Assembly (NCBI GenBank): GCA_964345885.1
Contig: CAYFSW010000033.1
Location: 45,584-109,583, forward strand
Length of the DNA stretch: 64,000 nucleotides
DNA from: an uncultured Gemmatimonadota bacterium
GTDB lineage: Bacteria; Gemmatimonadota; Gemmatimonadetes; Palauibacterales; KS3-K002
Reading direction: 5' to 3'
In this document: positions 59,635 to 64,000 of the stretch, one piece after another
Layout: each line of letters opens with the position of its first letter
How positions within the stretch are numbered: position 1 is the first letter of the stretch
Notes under the pieces: generated by a model
The model's database searches: none
What the model was told of the DNA's origin: nothing
Seen by the model: only the letters and a program-made list of their open reading frames with translations
Position numbers and translations under genes: made by a program

Positions 59635-60487
59635 CGCAGTACTCGCGCTGGCGGTCGCGCTGGCCGCCTCCACGGCTCCTCAGGCCGCGGGCCAGACGTG
59701 GCGGACCGAGGCCAAGGCGCGGCAGCATCGCGGCCAGGAGTTTCTCGACGTCAAGGTTACCTACGCAGTCGGCAAGTTCGAGCTGAGGAGAGGGCCCGAT
59801 CGCCTGCTCTACCGGCTCGACTCCCGCTACGACGAGGAAGTCTTCATCCTGCGCAGCAACTACTTGGAATCCGAGAGCCGCGGCGACCTGCGGATCGAGA
59901 TCGATGACTTGGGTGAGGTCGACTTCCGGGACCTCAAAGACTACGACTACGAGGGTGGTAATCTGACCCTCGACCTCTCCGGCGCGATCCCGATCGTCCT
60001 CGACCTCGAGATGGGTGCAGTCGAAGCGGAGCTCGCTCTGGGTGGCCTGCAGTTGCAGCGTATCTCGTTGCAGACCGGCGCCAGCGACACCCGCGTAAGC
60101 TTCAGCGAGCCGAACCGCGAAGCTGCCGAGTTCTGCACGTTCAAGGCCGGTGCCGCCTCCTTTAGGGTAGAAGAGCTAGGGAACTCCGGCTGCCGGAGGA
60201 TGTCGGTCTCCGGCGGCGTGGGCACCTTGACCCTAGATTTCTCGGGTGAGTGGGACTACGACGCGACCGGCGACATCAATGTGGGGCTGGGGACGGTCGA
60301 GATTCGCGTACCAGCCGAGCTCGGGGTCCGGATAGAAAAGAGCACTTTCCTCATGTCGTTCGACGCGCCCGGCTTCGTCAAACAGGACGGCGGGGTCTGG
60401 GTCAGCCGTAACTGGGACACCGCAGAGAATCGTCTAACGCTATCCGTGAGCGGTGTGTTGGGCAGCGTCGAGGTCGATCGTATCTAG
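59624..60487 (+). CDS. Exported LiaF/LiaG-like (DUF2154, 'toast-rack') beta-rich protein
   Basis: Signal peptide; repeated LDLEMGAVEAELAL / AGAASFRV / GGVGTLTLDF / VGLGTVEIRVP; ends SGVLGSVEV. Confidence 0.7.
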   Translation: MRFSAVLALAVALAASTAPQAAGQTWRTEAKARQHRGQEFLDVKVTYAVGKFELRRGPDRLLYRLDSRYDEEVFILRSNYLESESRGDLRIEIDDLGEVDFRDLKDYDYEGGNLTLDLSGAIPIVLDLEMGAVEAELALGGLQLQRISLQTGASDTRVSFSEPNREAAEFCTFKAGAASFRVEELGNSGCRRMSVSGGVGTLTLDFSGEWDYDATGDINVGLGTVEIRVPAELGVRIEKSTFLMSFDAPGFVKQDGGVWVSRNWDTAENRLTLSVSGVLGSVEVDRI

Positions 60488-60498
60488 CGGCCGGCGAT

Positions 60499-61272
60499 TC
60501 AACGCCTCGCCCTAACGGGGTCGCCTCTGGCGGCCCCGTACTTTTCTGCCGCCGAATCCTCACGCGCCGATACCTCCACCGTCCCTGCCGACCCAATGAC
60601 GACGGCCGCTTCACCCACTCCCACATCCGAGTAGGTCCGGCGCAGGTTCCCAAGTTCCCGACCGTTCACCTCGAACAGCCAGGATGAATCGACCCACTCG
60701 CCGGGTATGTCCGTGATCAGATTACCGAACCGGTCGACATGGACGACGCGCCCCTCGATCTCATCCTCGCCCCTCAGCGGCGGATCGATCGACAGCAAGC
60801 ACAGCTCCTCGACCGGTGGCCCGAGTCGTTCGAGCGCGAGACCGCTCGCCAGGTGCGCCGCCGCGGGCGCGAAAACATCACGCCCATGGAAGGTCGAGGA
60901 CGGTTGCGGCCGAATGACGGTCGGCTCCGTCACCTCCACACAGCGCCAGCTCGCCGCGGCCTGCATGACCCGTGTAACGAGCCCATTGTCCGGTGCCACC
61001 ACGTAACGGTCATCTGCCGCGACGGCGATCGCCCTGCGCGCACTACCTACCCCGGGATCGACGATGGCAAGATGGACCGTGCCAGGCGCATAGAGGGCCC
61101 AGTACTGTGAGAGGGCCCAGGCAGCCGCCTCGACGTCACCGGGCGCAATGTCGTGCGTCGCATCGACCAACCGTGCATCGGGTGCGATGCCGAGGATCAC
61201 ACCCTTCATTGCGGCGGCGAAGCCGTCGGCTGTGCCGAAGTCGGATAGCAGCGTGACCACAGACATGTTCAT
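60499..61272 (-). CDS. SAM hydroxide adenosyltransferase (DUF62 / chlorinase-fluorinase superfamily)
   Basis: TLLSDFG, DATHDI, VVDPGVGS.RR, APDNGL, STFHGRDVFAP, HVDRFGNLIT. Confidence 0.9.
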   Translation of the reverse strand: MNMSVVTLLSDFGTADGFAAAMKGVILGIAPDARLVDATHDIAPGDVEAAAWALSQYWALYAPGTVHLAIVDPGVGSARRAIAVAADDRYVVAPDNGLVTRVMQAAASWRCVEVTEPTVIRPQPSSTFHGRDVFAPAAAHLASGLALERLGPPVEELCLLSIDPPLRGEDEIEGRVVHVDRFGNLITDIPGEWVDSSWLFEVNGRELGNLRRTYSDVGVGEAAVVIGSAGTVEVSAREDSAAEKYGAARGDPVRARR

Positions 61273-61280
61273 ACCGATAC

Positions 61281-61444
61281 CCAATATCCGACACTCGCTT
61301 GCCAGGTGATCAAGTGGGTCTCAGCTATCAAGGCTCGTGATCCAACGTCCAAGTGGTCAAGAATGTCTATGATCACTGGACCTCGGGTGTTGGGTCACGA
61401 ATAGTCATTGGCAACCGGTCATTGAATATCGGATATTGGATACT
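61281..61444. repeat. Element O: heptamer-unit repeat with inverted arms (CCAATAT family)
   Basis: ccaatatccga (61281-61291) is the exact reverse complement of tcggatattgg (61429-61439); right arm continues as gtcattg gcaaccg gtcattg aatatcg. Confidence 0.75.
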
Positions 61445-61448
61445 AAAA

Positions 61449-62567
61449 TCAGCTTCCCTTCGTCTCCGCTTCCTGCAGCACCCCAGCCAGATTATCCGCT
61501 AACGTCAAGAACGCCTGCGCCTCCGGCGAATCGGGGGCGCTAGCCACGGTCGGCCGGCCGCTGTCGCCCGCTTCAACGACGGCGGCGCCCAGCGGAATCT
61601 CGCCGAGGAATGCGACGCCGGCGCTGGCCGCCAATTTGCGGCCCCCACCACGGCCAAACACGTCGGTCCGCTCACCACAGTGCGGGCAAATGAAGCCGCT
61701 CATGTTCTCGACCAGGCCGAGCACCGGCACCTCGACGCGCTCGAACATCTTGATCCCTTTGAGCACATCGGCGGTCGCTACTCCCTGCGGCGTTGTTACT
61801 AGCAAGGCACCATCGACCCTGGCGAGCTGGACGAGGGAGAGCTGTGCGTCGCCGGTGCCTGGCGGCATGTCGACGATCAAGTAGTCGAGCTCACCCCACT
61901 CTACCTGCCGCAAGAATTGTCGGATGATCCCCATCACTATCGGGCCGCGCCAGATCGCCGGCGTATCTTCGTCCAGCAGGAAGCCGATACTCATCAACTT
62001 GACGCCGTGCGACTCGATCGGGACTACCTTCTCATCAGCGGTTATGCCGGGCCGGCTGTAGACACCGAACATGATCGGAATGTTCGGGCCGTAGACATCA
62101 GCATCCATGAGGCCGACCCGTGCCCCACGCTTGGCGAGCGCCACAGCCAGGTTCGCGGCAACGGTCGACTTGCCAACACCACCCTTGCCCGAGCTCACCG
62201 CCACGACACGCGCCACGCCGGGCACCGTATCGGGCGTCGGCGGAGCCGGCGTCGATGCCGGCTCCCTTCCACCTCCCGCGGCCTGGCCCATCACCGGCAG
62301 CTTGCGTCCGCCCCGCGAGCCGCCGCCACGCACCTCCATCCTCACCATCTCGACACCCTCCACCGACTCGGCCGCCGCCCGAGCCTGCTCGACCAGCCCG
62401 GCAGGATCATCGGGTCCGGTCAGGAGGACGAAACCCACCTCTCCGGGACCGCCAGCCTTAAGCTCCGTGACCGATCCCGACGCCACGATGTCTTTACCTG
62501 TCCCAGGGTCGACGATAGACCTGAGCGCCATCGCCACCTGTCTCACCAGTTCTCGTTCGTCCGCCAT
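61449..62567 (-). CDS. mrp: Mrp/NBP35 (ApbC) Fe-S cluster carrier ATPase
   Basis: N-terminal DUF59-like VDPGTGKDIV, SSGKGGVGKST, DADVYGP, WRGP, DMPPGTGD, ENMS.FICPHC. Confidence 0.93.
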   Translation of the reverse strand: MADERELVRQVAMALRSIVDPGTGKDIVASGSVTELKAGGPGEVGFVLLTGPDDPAGLVEQARAAAESVEGVEMVRMEVRGGGSRGGRKLPVMGQAAGGGREPASTPAPPTPDTVPGVARVVAVSSGKGGVGKSTVAANLAVALAKRGARVGLMDADVYGPNIPIMFGVYSRPGITADEKVVPIESHGVKLMSIGFLLDEDTPAIWRGPIVMGIIRQFLRQVEWGELDYLIVDMPPGTGDAQLSLVQLARVDGALLVTTPQGVATADVLKGIKMFERVEVPVLGLVENMSGFICPHCGERTDVFGRGGGRKLAASAGVAFLGEIPLGAAVVEAGDSGRPTVASAPDSPEAQAFLTLADNLAGVLQEAETKGS

Positions 62568-62666
62568 GTCTTCCAGGTTGGTTAGAGTTCTCTCCGCCCA
62601 GCGATCACTAACAAAAAGCCGGCAGGGACGCACCCATGCCGGCACGTTTCCAGACTACCCGCATGC

Positions 62667-62900
62667 TCAGACGGCGACGACCGTCTTGACCTCCGGTAGC
62701 ACGTTCCGCAGCCGGTGTTCGATGCCACCCTTCAGCGTCAGTAGCGAGTAAGGACAGCTGTGACAGGCGCCGACGAGACGCAACTCGACCCGCCCTTCCT
62801 CGGGATCGTAGCTGACCAGCTCGACATCCCCTCCATCAGCCCGGACCGCTGGCCGGATCTCGTCTATGACCGCCTCGATCTTCTCCATCGTCGTCGTCAC
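62667..62900 (-). CDS. NifU C-terminal domain (NfuA-like) protein
   Basis: IRPAVRADGGDVELV, LVGACHSCPYS..TLK.GIE; SD GGAGG before GTG 62900. Confidence 0.9.
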   Translation of the reverse strand: MTTTMEKIEAVIDEIRPAVRADGGDVELVSYDPEEGRVELRLVGACHSCPYSLLTLKGGIEHRLRNVLPEVKTVVAV

Positions 62901-62952
62901 AACAGAATTCCTCCTCGGCAACGGCGCCACCGTAGTTGAGTATGGTTCTCAA

Positions 62953-62981
62953 AATCTACTTGAGAGCCCCAACTCGGTCAA
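62953..62981 (-). promoter_or_regulatory. Putative sigma70 promoter for nifU-mrp
   Basis: TTGACC (62981-62976), 17 nt spacer, TAGATT (62958-62953). Confidence 0.55.
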
Positions 62982-63016
62982 CTTGAGACACCGCCAAGAT
63001 GGCAGGCCGCAAAGTG

Positions 63017-63045
63017 TTGCGTCCTATCGACAAGCGCGTTAATCT
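63017..63045 (+). promoter_or_regulatory. Putative sigma70 promoter for the polysaccharide locus
   Basis: TTGCGT (63017-63022), 17 nt spacer, TAATCT (63040-63045). Confidence 0.5.
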
Positions 63046-63131
63046 GACTCCGGTGGGAGATCCTTGCCGCCATTGGCTGAACGGAACCATACTCAACGTT
63101 GGGGTGCGGGGGAGGCGCTGAGGATCGTCCG

Positions 63132-64000
63132 GTGATTTCTTCCGTCACAAGTGACGACCCGAAGGTTGGGCCCGCTTATGAGCGCGTCCACTTGGAGGAC
63201 TATTGGCGCGTTATCCGCCGACGCGCCTGGCTCATCCTACTCACCACCGTAGTCGCGCTCGCAGCCGCCCTGTGGGTGGCCTCGCGGCAACCCCAGTACT
63301 ACAGAAGTTCGCTCACGCTCCAGGTCGGCGATCCGCGCGGTCGCACAGGCCAGCTGGGCGACATCGACGTCACGCCACAGATGATCTGGACCGATCCGAT
63401 CGAGTCGGAGGTCCAGCAGCTGACCACGCAGGCCGTGGCAAAATTCGTCGTCGACTCGCTGCAGCTGCGCGCTCAATCGCCCGACCTCTCCAGGCCGTTA
63501 CTGCTCGCAGAAGTATCGATCGACTCCACCGCCTCAGGGGGGGACTACCGCATCCGCATCGGCGACGCCGGGTCGCTGAGCATCGAGGGCGGCGCAGGGA
63601 TTGCCGCGGTCCAGGGCAGGGTCGGCGAGCCGGTCCGTTTCGCCGCAGGGTACCTCGTGGTGAGCCCGCGGGCTCAGGCCGGCGAATACACGCTGCGCGT
63701 CGTGACCCAGGCGGAGGCCGAGGGGACCGTCACCGGCGGCCTGGCGTCGAGCACCCGGCCGGAAACCAACCTGATAGACGTGACCTACACCGGTCGCGAT
63801 CAGCACCTGGTCCCGCAAGTCCTCAACCAGGTCGCGGCGGCAATGCGCCACATCGGAGTTCGCCGCGCCAGCGAGTGGGCCCGGTCCCGAACCGGGTTCA
63901 TCCGTGACCGTCTGACCGAATCGGGGCTCTCGCTCAGACAGGCCCTGGAGGCCGTTGAGACCTACAAGGAGCGACGGGGGCTCACCAGCCTCGAGAGCGA
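63132..64000 (+). CDS. Wzz/Wzc (GumC-like) polysaccharide co-polymerase / tyrosine autokinase, N-terminal part (runs off window end)
   Basis: Manual translation from GTG 63132: ...HLEDYWRVIRRRAWLILLTTVVALAAALWVASRQPQYYRSSLTLQV...ESEVQQLTTQAVAKFVVDSLQL...TNLIDVTYTG; missed by the ORF track because truncated. Confidence 0.85.
   Translation, partial: MISSVTSDDPKVGPAYERVHLEDYWRVIRRRAWLILLTTVVALAAALWVASRQPQYYRSSLTLQVGDPRGRTGQLGDIDVTPQMIWTDPIESEVQQLTTQAVAKFVVDSLQLRAQSPDLSRPLLLAEVSIDSTASGGDYRIRIGDAGSLSIEGGAGIAAVQGRVGEPVRFAAGYLVVSPRAQAGEYTLRVVTQAEAEGTVTGGLASSTRPETNLIDVTYTGRDQHLVPQVLNQVAAAMRHIGVRRASEWARSRTGFIRDRLTESGLSLRQALEAVETYKERRGLTSLES

Noticed and set aside
60499-61272. Fluorinase/chlorinase (halogenase)
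   Set aside because: It retains the Asp/Arg/His features (VDPGVG.RR, TFHGRD) of SAM hydroxide adenosyltransferases; characterised halogenases lack this His.

Overview
High-GC bacterial chromosomal segment, mostly housekeeping genes on the minus strand. Gene content and order suggest phylum Gemmatimonadota (inference). The backbone runs rpsF(partial)-ychF-pth-rplY-prs, tRNA-Gln, ispE, pdxJ-hflX-rarA-cca-alaS, recX-recA-ltaE, glpK-mtnA-maf-dtd-glmS-glmM, a Cys/Met PLP lyase-purD-mutM block, an MCP, ubiE/menG, an ECF sigma/anti-sigma envelope-stress operon, mrp-nifU and the start of a Wzc-type polysaccharide gene. I found no integrase, transposase, prophage or CRISPR. The main unexplained structure is a dense set of about 15 intergenic elements built from 6-, 7-, 8- or 9-nt tandem units. 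Many are arranged as inverted arms, they sit at gene junctions, and several bracket single accessory genes that interrupt conserved gene orders (hppA, an M16 peptidase, an orphan ABC permease). Other notable items: a CcmF-like protein that lacks the cytochrome c synthetase motifs but keeps the two b-heme histidines; a protein with three Hpt-like domains all carrying Arg at the phospho-His position; a signal-peptide-bearing JAB/MPN-like protein; a secreted protein with an IQM/'SGHY'-toxin-like C-terminal domain; two identical-geometry SigW-type promoters in the ECF operon; three genes apparently needing non-canonical start codons; and a candidate S6:S18 leader RNA. All family assignments come from motif recognition by eye; no database search was run.
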